A DNA stretch of 42,898 nucleotides from Nemertoderma westbladi (lineage: Eukaryota; Animalia; Xenacoelomorpha): positions 1 to 42,898 of the forward strand of contig JAUCBJ010002189.1 in the NCBI GenBank assembly GCA_032718475.1, given 5' to 3'. The notes beneath the pieces were generated by a model that ran no database searches, was not told where the DNA came from, and worked only from the letters and a program-made list of their open reading frames with translations. Within the stretch, counting starts at the first letter, position 1. Each line of letters begins with the position of its first letter. A program made the position numbers and the translations under genes. Shown piece by piece: positions 1 to 9,692 of this stretch.

Positions 1-97
1 ATTAATTCGCCAAGTCGGGTTTTGCGACCAGTTTCCCCCCCTGTATCGAAATTTTTGTCTAATTTCTAGGAAGTGATAGGCCTATTGCTGCAGTAGT

Positions 98-370
98 ATT
101 TATTTTGGGGGATTATGTATTTATTATTTTGGGCGAAATAATATATTTTTATTTTGGGGGAAAATGTATTTGTTTTGGGGGAAAATGTATTTATTTTGGG
201 CGAAAACGTATTTGTTTTGGGAAAATTTGTAATTATTTTGGGGGTTTTTTCATTTATTTTGGTGCTAATAATTGGTTTTGGGAAGCATTTATTTATTTTG
301 GTATTGAATAATTAGTTTTGGAGTGAAAAAATTTGTTTTGGTGTTTGAATAATTTTATTTGGTGTTGATT
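98..370. repeat. Degenerate 21-bp period minisatellite (ATTTATTTTGGGGGAAAATGT-like)
   Basis: TTTTGG recurs about every 21 bp; explains the repetitive spurious ORF 105..311. Confidence 0.8.
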
Positions 371-639
371 TGTTGATTTTGATATGCAGTAACATAAAAA
401 ATTGTTTAGTCAACAATGGAGATTTGGTTGGGGGAGGGGGGGGGGGGGGGGAACTTAATTAATTAATTAATAATTAACAATTTTAATTATCATTGAGAAA
501 ATTGATCACGTTCCAAACAGTGGCCTATTCTTTATTTGCGTCCAATTTCCCCTGGAGAGGGATGGATTTTTATTGATTGCGTCCAGTCCCCACCCCCTCT
601 CATCTGCTCACACAATACACACTCGAACAAACTAATATT

Positions 640-975
640 TGTTTCCTATTCTGGGCTGCCCAATGAATCCAAAACAAAGGAATTCAAAGCACAGAGCAAG
701 GTAAGTAACTACTCACTTCGTTATCATTCATGAATCATTTATGTAAAATTACCCAATAAAGCGGTAATATACAGGACCTTTTATTACATTAAATAATTTA
801 TCTATCAGGTGTCCTATTCTGGGCTGCACCATAAACCAAAACCAGGAATCTAACATGGAGCATGGAGCTGCCGTGCAACACTTATTAATAATTTATGTAA
901 ATTCTCAATAAAGAGATACAAATAATACACAGAACGAATACAAGTAATACACAGAACCTTTTATTACATTAAATC
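640..975. repeat. Imperfect ~170-bp tandem duplication
   Basis: TCCTATTCTGGGCTGC at ~644 and ~812; ACCTTTTATTACATTAAAT at ~776 and ~956. Confidence 0.7.
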
Positions 976-1009
976 ATTTTTATTTATTTTAATTCTATAT
1001 TTGATATTA

Positions 1010-1484
1010 GGACAAGTGCGACCTGGACAATTGCGACCTGGACAATTGCGACCCGGACAATTGACCGGGTCGCAATTGTCCGGGTCGCAATTGTCCGGAT
1101 CCAGATACAAAGATGTAATGTATATCATTGATAAAATTGACAGTAAAAAATCGTTTAAATATTAAACTGTTGTAAGTGTAATATTATATTATCTAAATTC
1201 TAGAACATGAATTTATTACGTAAAATTGAACATATTATTTAATACTTTAGAAAAATATTTTTCATTTTAAAAGACTGCAAAAACAAAATGGATCGCAATT
1301 GTCCATTACTTTATCCGGACAATTGCGACCTGGACATTTGCGACCCGGACAATTGCGACCCATAATTTTTATTTTAAAACATTTTTTTTAAAACATTTAC
1401 CGGGTCGCAATTGTCCGGGTCGCAATTGTCCGGGTCGCAATTGTCCGGGTCGCAATTGTCTGGGTCGCAATTGTCCGGACTTCC
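1010..1484. mobile_element. Non-autonomous foldback/MITE-like element built of 15-bp GGACAATTGCGACCC subrepeats in both orientations
   Basis: Arrays of GGACAATTGCGACC(C/T) face arrays of the reverse complement GGGTCGCAATTGTCC twice (1010-1100 and 1315-1480); no clear TSD. Confidence 0.6.
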
Positions 1485-1627
1485 TATATTTTAATTCTGT
1501 ATATTACATCCAAACAATTGGATAACATTTGTTGCACGTACAATATGTTAAAAGATAATTATTTAAGAAAAAATATTTTGAAAGCACTGTAGGACGGGAA
1601 TATGTTAGTAAAATTAAGTGGATCAGT

Positions 1628-1901
1628 GACGAGCTTTATGGTATCAACCACCCTCCGTGAACGCAGATTAAGATTCAGTGGGCACTGCTGGCGAAGTAAA
1701 GACGAGGTCATACCAGATCTACTTCTCTGGCAACCAACTCATGGAAAGTGTAGTCGTGGACGACCGGCCATAACATATATAGATCAACTTGAAAGGGATA
1801 CTGAACTTGGGAGAAACGAAATTGCGACAACTATGGAGAATCGGGAAGCCTGGAAGGATCTCATTTCCACTGTCCCAGTTCGCTCGACCTAGTAGTAGTA
1901 G
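1628..1901 (+). mobile_element. 5'-truncated RTE-clade LINE 3' end with (TAG)n tail
   Basis: RERRLRFSGHCWR...LLLWQP.HG...GRP RTE C-terminal motif; TAGTAGTAG tail; 13-bp TSD TAAGTGGATCAGT at 1615-1627 and 1902-1914. Confidence 0.9.
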
Positions 1902-2029
1902 TAAGTGGATCAGTAGGCGATGCTCAGTGGTGACTGATTTTAACTAGTTTCATCTGGGTCTAGATTTTGAGTCAGGTAAATTACATTACCATTATTTAGA
2001 GTAGTTTACACATTCGAGTTTCCAAGGTC

Positions 2030-2135
2030 CATCAGAAACAAGGGCAATCTTTGATCGGAGTTAAAAGACAGAATACTGTTGCATGCTGTATATTGTCCGC
2101 TGGTTGTCGACAAAGATGGCAGATACAGTCTGCGG
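2030..2135 (-). pseudogene. C-terminal CCHC zinc-knuckle piece of the LINE interrupted by the Maverick
   Basis: Minus strand reads CHLCRQPADNIQHATVFC (C-x2-C-x8-H-x4-C); in frame with the 23134+ LINE once the Maverick and one TSD copy are removed. Confidence 0.75.
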
Positions 2136-2141
2136 CACTGC

Positions 2142-2756
2142 AGTAGTATACAATTGTATGACACTGACTCAAGGTCACCCATAGCCTAGAATTACCATCC
2201 ATTTCTACTCCTTCCTCCAATCAGAACCCACCATTTCAACCTTTACCAGTAGTCGTTATTATTTCAACCAATCAGATGCCAGCATTTCAACCGTAACCAT
2301 GGTAACTTCTCAAGTTCCCGCTTATTCCGCTAGAGGTGTTATTAGTCACCCAACGCTACTCCTTTCTCCAATCATAAGCCTTTATCTTACAGGTGTTCGA
2401 GTGTCTACACTTATCGTCAGGTAACTTCTACTATTTTTCAAATCGCTATTTTTCAGCAACCAGTATTTTCATATTCACCAACTTTTATTTTACAGGTGCT
2501 ACGAGTGTCTACAGGTAACTTCTATTATTTTTAAATCGCTATTTTTCAGCAACCAGTATTTTCATATTCACCAACCTTTATTTTACAGGTGCTAGGGGTG
2601 TCTACAGGTAACTTCTACTATTTTTCATTTCGCAATTTTTCAGATAACAAAATATTCAACTGGGTTCGAACTCGGGAGTGTTATAACTCCTCACAACTCA
2701 CCACTCACTCTTCCATCCAACCTCGAGAGAAAAAGGCGATAAATATCCGAGTTATA
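2142..2756 (+). repeat. Left TIR of Maverick, with an extra ~94-bp internal tandem unit
   Basis: Reverse complement of 22594-23127; unit AGGTAACTTCTA...GTGTCTAC occurs twice (about 2419-2605). Confidence 0.93.
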
Positions 2757-2968
2757 CTGTAGCCTGACCTATTTTGCTTCATTTACTGTTATTATTTACT
2801 TTCTATTGGTTACATGTGACACGTGTTCTTAGTTGATTGGTTGTATATATAACATGATCTATATAAATATATGAATAGAATAGAAAAAAATATCATTAAT
2901 ATTTATTTATCTGTCTTGTCGCTGTTATTTAATTGTTATTACATAAAATAATAATAATAATAATAATA

Positions 2969-3220
2969 ATGTCTTCTAATACACCTGCGCCTGTAATAAG
3001 ACATACATTTAATACTGTCGATAATCTTACTTGTATTGTTATTGGTAACACTATTTATTGTCCTTCACAACCTAATTTTAAAATAGACATTTCTGAACAA
3101 GCAAGAAAAGAACTACAATCTATTGATATTTTCGGTGAGGTAGATTCTACTAATTACCTTTTAGATTACAAAGAAGAACATGATTTAGATAAATTCACAA
3201 TTTTTATCAATGTCAGATAA
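2969..3220 (+). CDS. Maverick small orphan ORF (MSSNTPAP..., ~83 aa)
   Basis: First ORF inside left TIR, ATG preceded by (AAT)n run; no recognisable motif. Confidence 0.45.
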   Translation: MSSNTPAPVIRHTFNTVDNLTCIVIGNTIYCPSQPNFKIDISEQARKELQSIDIFGEVDSTNYLLDYKEEHDLDKFTIFINVR

Positions 3221-3395
3221 CTTTATTGTTATTACTCAATATAGTGGTAATATAGTGAGCAATAAATGTGAAAAGTTTGAGATCAAATTAGATCGTAAAA
3301 ATGCTTATGAAATTATGGCTTTGTTTATTGTTATTATTTCGAAAGAAACCCTTGTAACCACTGATGAAACTGATGACAATGAAGATGATTCTTGA
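3210..3395 (+). CDS. Maverick small orphan ORF with acidic tail
   Basis: Overlaps the stop of the previous ORF in virus-like compact fashion; may be a frameshifted continuation. Confidence 0.3.
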   Translation: MSDNFIVITQYSGNIVSNKCEKFEIKLDRKNAYEIMALFIVIISKETLVTTDETDDNEDDS

Positions 3396-3462
3396 CTCTT
3401 TCAGCTATATTATAAATATTTTATCAACATTTTAACGATTTTGGTTTGGTTATTTAAGAAAA

Positions 3463-4164
3463 ATGGATATATTAATAAACACAAATTGTAGTATTTGTTA
3501 TTCTAATTTAAAACATCTTGATTGTTACATATGTGTTAATAAGCATGGAACTTGCGTGACATGTATTGATCAACATGTTGAAATTAATGATTGTACTAAA
3601 ATTTGTCCAATTTGTAGAGTACAGACACTTTGCAGAGTAAACAAGTTATATAATCCATATTATTGGAAAGAGCTGCGGAATTCTATTTACATTTCAGGAA
3701 AAAGTAACGAACCTAACGAGTTATTTACAATATCACAGAATATTTTTTATCGATATATAGTGAAAAAAGGCGGCTTTATGGTACCATGGTTGTTTGATGA
3801 AGAACATAAAAATATCACAGTAAAATTAAATAAGAATTTACGTAGTTTTGATATTTACTTTAAGACATATAAAGATGAATCATCTTCAAGAGGTATAAAA
3901 CCGAAAAAGTATTATTTGAAACTTGATGAAGGTATTCTTTGCAATGATTTGTGTATGAGAGTAATTCGCACTTTGACGGAGCATACTCTAAGTCATATTT
4001 CCAGTACTAAATGCTATGGACGTGGTATAGAACGTAAATGTCAAACTAAGAAGTATAACAAATTTATACGATGTCACCGCTATCTCACTTGGTATGGACA
4101 TTATTTAAATCGAAAACAATGTCTGTTGATTGCAGGTATACGATTACACAATCTTTTCAAATAA
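3463..4164 (+). CDS. RING-finger (C3HC4-like) protein, putative E3 ubiquitin ligase
   Basis: CSIC...CVNKHGTCVTC...CPICR at N-terminus; intact 233-aa ORF. Confidence 0.75.
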   Translation: MDILINTNCSICYSNLKHLDCYICVNKHGTCVTCIDQHVEINDCTKICPICRVQTLCRVNKLYNPYYWKELRNSIYISGKSNEPNELFTISQNIFYRYIVKKGGFMVPWLFDEEHKNITVKLNKNLRSFDIYFKTYKDESSSRGIKPKKYYLKLDEGILCNDLCMRVIRTLTEHTLSHISSTKCYGRGIERKCQTKKYNKFIRCHRYLTWYGHYLNRKQCLLIAGIRLHNLFK

Positions 4165-4350
4165 GGTAATAAATAGAACGAAAGATTACCATGATAAATA
4201 TACTAATACTACAGTTGTACATACTTTTTGTTATAAAATGCTGTTTTTTGTGAATTGTTACATATATACATAGTAATGGTGATGGTTTATTGATATTTAT
4301 ATTATATTATATTATATTGTATTGTTGATATATCTTAATAATAATAATAA

Positions 4351-5034
4351 ATGGCTGACTTTAATTCAGGTCCATATAATTTAAACTTTCAAATGGGAAC
4401 GAGTATGATAATTTCTGGCCCGTCTGGTTCCGGAAAGTCTACATTTGTTGGTAATTTAATTAAACACAAGAATGGCTGCTTCAACGAAACCCCCTTACGA
4501 GTATTGTATTGTTATGGGAGCAATCCCCTGACTATTCCTGGTATTACTCACCTTTATAAAGGTTTGCCTGAAAATATAGATAGTTTAGTGAATAGTCGAG
4601 ATTTATTAATTATAGATGATTTATTAACAGAAACTGAGTCTAGTACAGCCTTAACTGTATTGTTTACTAAGGTTGCTTATCATTCCAATATATTTATTTG
4701 TTTCATAACGCTAAACATGTTTTACGGTGGGAAGCATAACCGCACAAGATCAATTAATAGCCATACCTTAGTATTAATGAAAAATCCGCGAGACAGTTTA
4801 TCGGTTTTAAATTTCGCGAAGCAGATGTTACCAGGGCAGACCAAATTTTTAGTAGATTCCTATCAAGATGCGACTATTGAACCATTTTTGCATTTCTTAA
4901 TTGATTTACGACAGGAAACACCCAAACATTTAAGATTTAGATCGGATATATTTCGTAATCATAATTGTTACATTAAAAATTACATTGACTATAAACGTAG
5001 CGAAAATAATAATAATAATAATAATAATAATTAA
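4351..5034 (+). CDS. ATP: A32/FtsK-HerA-family DNA packaging ATPase
   Basis: Walker A GPSGSGKST, Walker B LLIIDDL, RSINSH...MKNPRD motifs typical of Polinton ATPases. Confidence 0.93.
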   Translation: MADFNSGPYNLNFQMGTSMIISGPSGSGKSTFVGNLIKHKNGCFNETPLRVLYCYGSNPLTIPGITHLYKGLPENIDSLVNSRDLLIIDDLLTETESSTALTVLFTKVAYHSNIFICFITLNMFYGGKHNRTRSINSHTLVLMKNPRDSLSVLNFAKQMLPGQTKFLVDSYQDATIEPFLHFLIDLRQETPKHLRFRSDIFRNHNCYIKNYIDYKRSENNNNNNNNN

Positions 5035-5067
5035 TATTTTGTAACAATTTTCAATAATGTTGCAACA

Positions 5068-5444
5068 ATGGATAGACTTGTGCAGAAATATCGTAACGAA
5101 TTGGAATTTGCGCTACCCCTCAACAAAGAACTTATTTTATTAACCATACCGCGAGTAATGAATTAATACGGCTCATTGTAAATACCGCATTAAATGTTCT
5201 AAAAGGTAACGTACAATTGACCCCTCATTCATTTAGAAATATTCGTCGTTATAAAAAGGTATTAAAATCGCTCAACCGCAAAACAAAAAATATATCAAGT
5301 TACAGAAAAAAGTTAACCAATCAATCTGGAGGCATACTACCGTTACTAATACCCTTACTCGGCATTGGTGCAAAACTCGCCGCGAGCGCTGGTGCCGCCG
5401 CCGCTGGAGCGGCTATTGCGAAAAAAATTAACCGCAGATGGTAA
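5068..5444 (+). CDS. Small basic virion core/membrane-active precursor (Maverick PW-like), 5' part frameshifted
   Basis: ELIRLIVNTALNVLKGNVQLT...RRYKKVL...NQSGG|ILPLLIPLLG; QxGG protease-type site then hydrophobic/amphipathic peptide. Confidence 0.65.
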
Positions 5445-5446
5445 TA

Positions 5447-5680
5447 ATGGTTAAAACGGGGGTAACATTTAGAAAATTATATTTAGTATCGAGTAAACCG
5501 TTAGCTACTGATTTAAAACCTCAAGATATACCTAGAGTAAATACTACAAAAAGAAAACCCTTCAAAACATCAACTTCAAAGAAAAAAAAAAATTTCAGCT
5601 GTTTTTACAGTGATGCCCTTTATAAGAGATTTGAATATACATATTACTTGCGGTTGTCGAAAAGATGCCACGCAAGATGA
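5447..5680 (+). pseudogene. Short remnant ORF between core protein and integrase
   Basis: Starts M...RKLYLV, resembling the N-terminus of the ORF found at this position in many Mavericks; short and probably frameshifted at the poly-A run near 5582. Confidence 0.3.
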
Positions 5681-5700
5681 AACCGATTTTAAGCTGAAGC

Positions 5701-6755
5701 TTAGACAAAAAACTGTTAAGAATTTATTTAGATCCTTCATCGCCTGCAGGTTTTGCAAGTATCGCAAAATTAGCAAAAGCCGCAAACATCAAACCATCTC
5801 AAGCTCAGAAATGGTTGAGCGGGCAAAAGACATACTCCCTTCACGCACCACGTAGACATCGTTATCCAACATCTAAAATATTTACGGGAGGGTTAAAAGA
5901 TATATATATGATAGATCTGATGGATATGCAGCAATATAAATCACAAAATAATAATTATAACTATATATTAACATGAGTATTGATGCCTTTAGCCGGTTTG
6001 CTTTTGCCTATGGTATGAAGACAAAAACAGGTATTGAAATTATTAGTATATTGCAAAAAATATTCCAGAAAGGTAAACCAAACAGAATCGCGACTGATCA
6101 AGGGTCTGAGTTTCTAAATAAATCTGTAAGAAAATATTTAGATACTATTGGTGTACGTTATTACGTAATGTACTCTGTGAATAAGGCAGCTATTGTCGAG
6201 AGATTCAATAGAACATTAAATACAAAGATGTTCAAAATTTTCACGCAACGGGGAAATAATGTTTGGATAAAAATTTTACCGAAGCTTATTTTTGCTTATA
6301 ATAGGTCATTTCATAGGACTATACAAATGACTCCCATTGAAGTTAATAAATTTAATGAAACTGAATTAATTAATAGATTATATGGGAAATATAGACAGAT
6401 TAATCACAAGAAAATAAAATTTCAAGTTGGAGATACAGTACGTTTATCTATCGCGCGTACTGCTTTTGCTAAAGGCTATCGAGAACAATGGACACGTGAA
6501 TTATTTATTATTCATCGGGTCAGATTGGATAGAGTACCAGCGGTAATGTTCGATATTAAGGACAGAGCCGGTGCTATAATAAATGGTTCATTTTATTCAT
6601 ACGAACTCCAAAAGGTCCACCCGAGTAGTAATATTTATCTTCCGATTGACAAAAATATTGGCAAACTTAAAGAACGTGTGCGCAATGGGAAAAAAGAATA
6701 TTTAGTCCGATTCATTGGATCCAAAAAACAGTCGTGGATACAGCATATTCAATAA
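5701..6755 (+). pseudogene. INT: Retroviral-like (rve, DDE) integrase with C-terminal chromo-like domain, frameshifted at ~5973
   Basis: Upstream frame IYLDPSSPAGF...KWLSGQKTYSLH...MIDLMDM (first D); downstream frame ATDQGSEF (second D), AAIVERFNRT (E), RNGKKEYLVRFIG..SWI. Confidence 0.92.
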
Positions 6756-6795
6756 GTTTAGGTTTATACTGTATATTAATTCATTGCGTGAATAT

Positions 6796-7444
6796 GAATA
6801 ATGGTCACATATGACCGTGATTAATCAATATTAACTCGAATGATATTACTATACTATACTGTAAGTCTAATATCTATTGTTCATTCGCTTTAAATAAAGC
6901 CAGTAAAATATTGATCCCTCGCATATACTGTAGAAGCGGTAATGAACGCGGTGACAGATGTCTATAATTTAACATTATACAGTATGTATAAGGAGTCAAG
7001 TAGAGAGAGCTTATGCGAATAATGGTCACATATGATCGTAATTAATCAATATTAACTCGAATGATATTACTATACTATACTGTAAGTCTAATATCTATAG
7101 TTCATTCGCTTTAAATAAAGCAAGTAAAATATTGATCCCTCGCATATACTGTAGAAGCGGTAATGAACGCGGTGACAGATGTCTATAATTTAACATTATA
7201 CAGTATGTATAAGGAGTCAAGTAGAGAGAGCTTAAGCGAATAATGGTCACATATGATCGTAATTAATCAATATTAACTCGAATGATATTACTATGTTGTA
7301 AGTCTAATATCTATAGTTCATTCGCTTTAAATATTGATCTCTCGTATATACTGTAGAAGCGGTATTGAACGTGGTCACAGATGTCTATAGTTTAACATTA
7401 TACAGTATACAGTATGTACAATGGAGTCAAGCAGAGAGAGCTTA
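6796..7444. repeat. Three tandem ~221-bp units between integrase and capsid genes
   Basis: GAATAATGGTCACATATGA starts at 6796, 7017 and 7238. Confidence 0.93.
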
Positions 7445-7457
7445 AATAATAATAATA

Positions 7458-8312
7458 ATGGCTGTAGATACATATATCACTCTAGTTTCAGATAGCTCAT
7501 TAAACACATACCCCAATAATAACCCTAGCGAGTTTACTGTTGATTTAGCCGAAGAATTATATATTGGTCCAAAAGCTAAAATTGGACTCGCCGAGATTCA
7601 ATACCAAGCAACGTACAGTAATATTACTCTGCAAACTCAAATCTCGCTGTCAATCGGGGTAGATGCAAAAGATGCCAAATTATACAGTTTATTTCCTGGT
7701 ATGCATAGCTCTATTCAAGTCATTATTGATGATATAAATAAACTGTTTAATTCTGAAGCGAAATATAGAGATTTCGAATTCATTTTTAATACAAATAATT
7801 CTAGAATTAAATTTAAATTTCCTAAAAAGTTGAAAAAAATACAATTAAGTCTACGTGGTGATTTAATACAAATTCTAGGCTTAAAACAGTTATTGGATCA
7901 GAATCATCCAGATATTCCGAATTGGGATATAGTGGATGAATTAAGCAATATAGAACAGCCGATATTAATTTTAAATTATAGTGGACCAAAAATTTCGGAA
8001 ATTGGGATTTTAGATTTTCCAAATCCTACGAATATTACTCGTAATAAAGATACAATCTTCATATATACAGATATTATTAAGAGCTCATTTGTTGGTGATG
8101 CTTTAGCTCCGCTCTTAAGAACCTGTCCTTTAACACACTTAAATCAAAAATATATTAATCACGAATACAAGAGCATTTGCTATTACCCGTTGTTGAATAA
8201 AAAACTAAAAACAATCTTAATTACTTTACGTGACGGTCAAGGTGAATTAATTAATTTCGACAGTGGTCGCACTGTTATAACACTTAAGTTAATACGCGGT
8301 GGTGATGGATGA
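7458..8312 (+). CDS. Minor capsid protein (penton, single jelly-roll), copy 1
   Basis: YITLVSDSS..YPNN.PSEFTVDL, IGLAEIQY, IFIYTDII...VGD..APLLR, Y.PL...ITLRD..G..I.F. Confidence 0.85.
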   Translation: MAVDTYITLVSDSSLNTYPNNNPSEFTVDLAEELYIGPKAKIGLAEIQYQATYSNITLQTQISLSIGVDAKDAKLYSLFPGMHSSIQVIIDDINKLFNSEAKYRDFEFIFNTNNSRIKFKFPKKLKKIQLSLRGDLIQILGLKQLLDQNHPDIPNWDIVDELSNIEQPILILNYSGPKISEIGILDFPNPTNITRNKDTIFIYTDIIKSSFVGDALAPLLRTCPLTHLNQKYINHEYKSICYYPLLNKKLKTILITLRDGQGELINFDSGRTVITLKLIRGGDG

Positions 8313-9125
8313 GTTCTATGTTAGGCTACCAAGTAACTTGTGTCCAATTGATTTTCCCTGTAATACCGGTAGTAATTATCAGATCAATTTCCATGGTGCC
8401 TTACCTATAAATCCAAACGAAAACTGGGTGGTAGGTATAAAAAGTATATTTTACTTAGCCACGTTACCGTTCATGTATAACAATATAGAGAATGTTATTT
8501 TATTAAAAAAAGGGAAAAAAAATTTTGAGGATACACTTCCATCCGGCTTGTTCTTTCAACGCCCCAGGCGTTGAAAAATAAATTACAAATAGTTGAAAAT
8601 ACTCAGCAAAATAGGTTGCAATTTATTTTAGGGAAAACTGTACGAGAGTTATTTATAGGTCAACAATTAGCCTATTATTTTGGAATTACTGAAAATAATC
8701 TCGGTGCGAATTTAAATCCAAATTTTAAAATTATTTTGAAGACGAAAAATAACATAAAGGGTTATTTAATAAAGATTATCGGAAATGAAGAAAAAGCTTA
8801 CCAGATGGTATTTTTATGCCCTCAACCACCCAATTCTATTCCAGAACCTAAGTCGAACATGTACGTGACTACTAATATAATTGAAAATGAATATATTAAT
8901 GATTTTGGTTTAGCTTTACTTCGTCGCGTGGCGATACCTGATGACGTGAAATATGGTAGTGTAATAAATAAAGAATTTGCCAAGGATACAATTCATTATA
9001 TCCCTATAAAAAAATCATATAAGATAACATACATTCATATTGAAATAACAGACAAAGAAGGAAAAGATTTGAATTTTGAATACGGCACAACTTCTATTAC
9101 CTTACACTTTAAAAAAATAAATTAA
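8305..9125 (+). pseudogene. Minor capsid protein copy 2, frameshift/deletion near 8570
   Basis: N-part EFYVRLPSN...FP.NT...W.VGIKSI; C-part MYVTTNII...ALLRRV...HYIPI...IEITD..G..LNF..G.TSITLHFK, same motif order as copy 1. Confidence 0.8.
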
Positions 9126-9126
9126 A

Positions 9127-9690
9127 ATGGATTCCGATTTATTTCAAAGATACAGTAAACCTCAATATGGTGGTGCAGACTCTAATCTTGCTGTTTTTAA
9201 AGGTGGTAGAAGTACGAGAGGTTCGACGCAAGTTCCTGTTTTTCGAGGTGGATCATATATTGACCCTTACGGTCAACAAATTGGTGCATTTGGTCCAAAT
9301 TTAAAACAACGTTGATTTCAACGTTATCGTAGAGGTATGATGCGGACAAATCAACACGGGGAAGGTATATTTATAGATGCTTTATCTACATTGAAAAAAT
9401 TTGGAAAGCCATTAGCAAAAAAAGTTTTACAAAAAGCTTTACCATTTACCACAAAATTTATGAGACAACATGTAATACCAAAAGGTAAGCGGGTCTTACA
9501 TCAGCAGGCTAATACGGTTATTAATAAAGCAATAAATAAAATGAAACCATCAACAAGATCGGTTGTAGAAAAAGTTTATAGAGATTTAAAGCGACCAACT
9601 AAAACAATGTCTATGAACATACATCATCGTCATAGTAAAAATATAAAAATAAAAGGCAAACTGAAACACTGCGAAAAAAGTATTTTTTAA
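9127..9690 (+). pseudogene. Basic core/membrane-lytic precursor with several protease-type sites; one in-frame TGA at 9313
   Basis: ORFs 9127 and 9337 share a frame; QYGG, FKGG, FRGG, QHGEG sites, then amphipathic IFIDALSTLKKFGKPLAKKVL. Confidence 0.65.
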
Positions 9691-9692
9691 TA

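Noticed and set aside
105-311. 68-aa ORF with FGGK repeats
   Set aside because: Translation of a 21-bp minisatellite.
530-600. Short dispersed repeat also seen inverted near 41262-41360 and 42395-42445
   Set aside because: Similarity is short and degenerate; cannot define an element.
1010-1480. CRISPR-like repeat array
   Set aside because: 15-bp units are contiguous with no unique spacers, occur in both orientations, and the context is eukaryotic with no cas genes.
2032-2220. ORFs starting MEEGVEMDGN (also 23049..23318)
   Set aside because: Chimeric read-outs from each TIR into flanking DNA; only the part beyond the TSD is meaningful.
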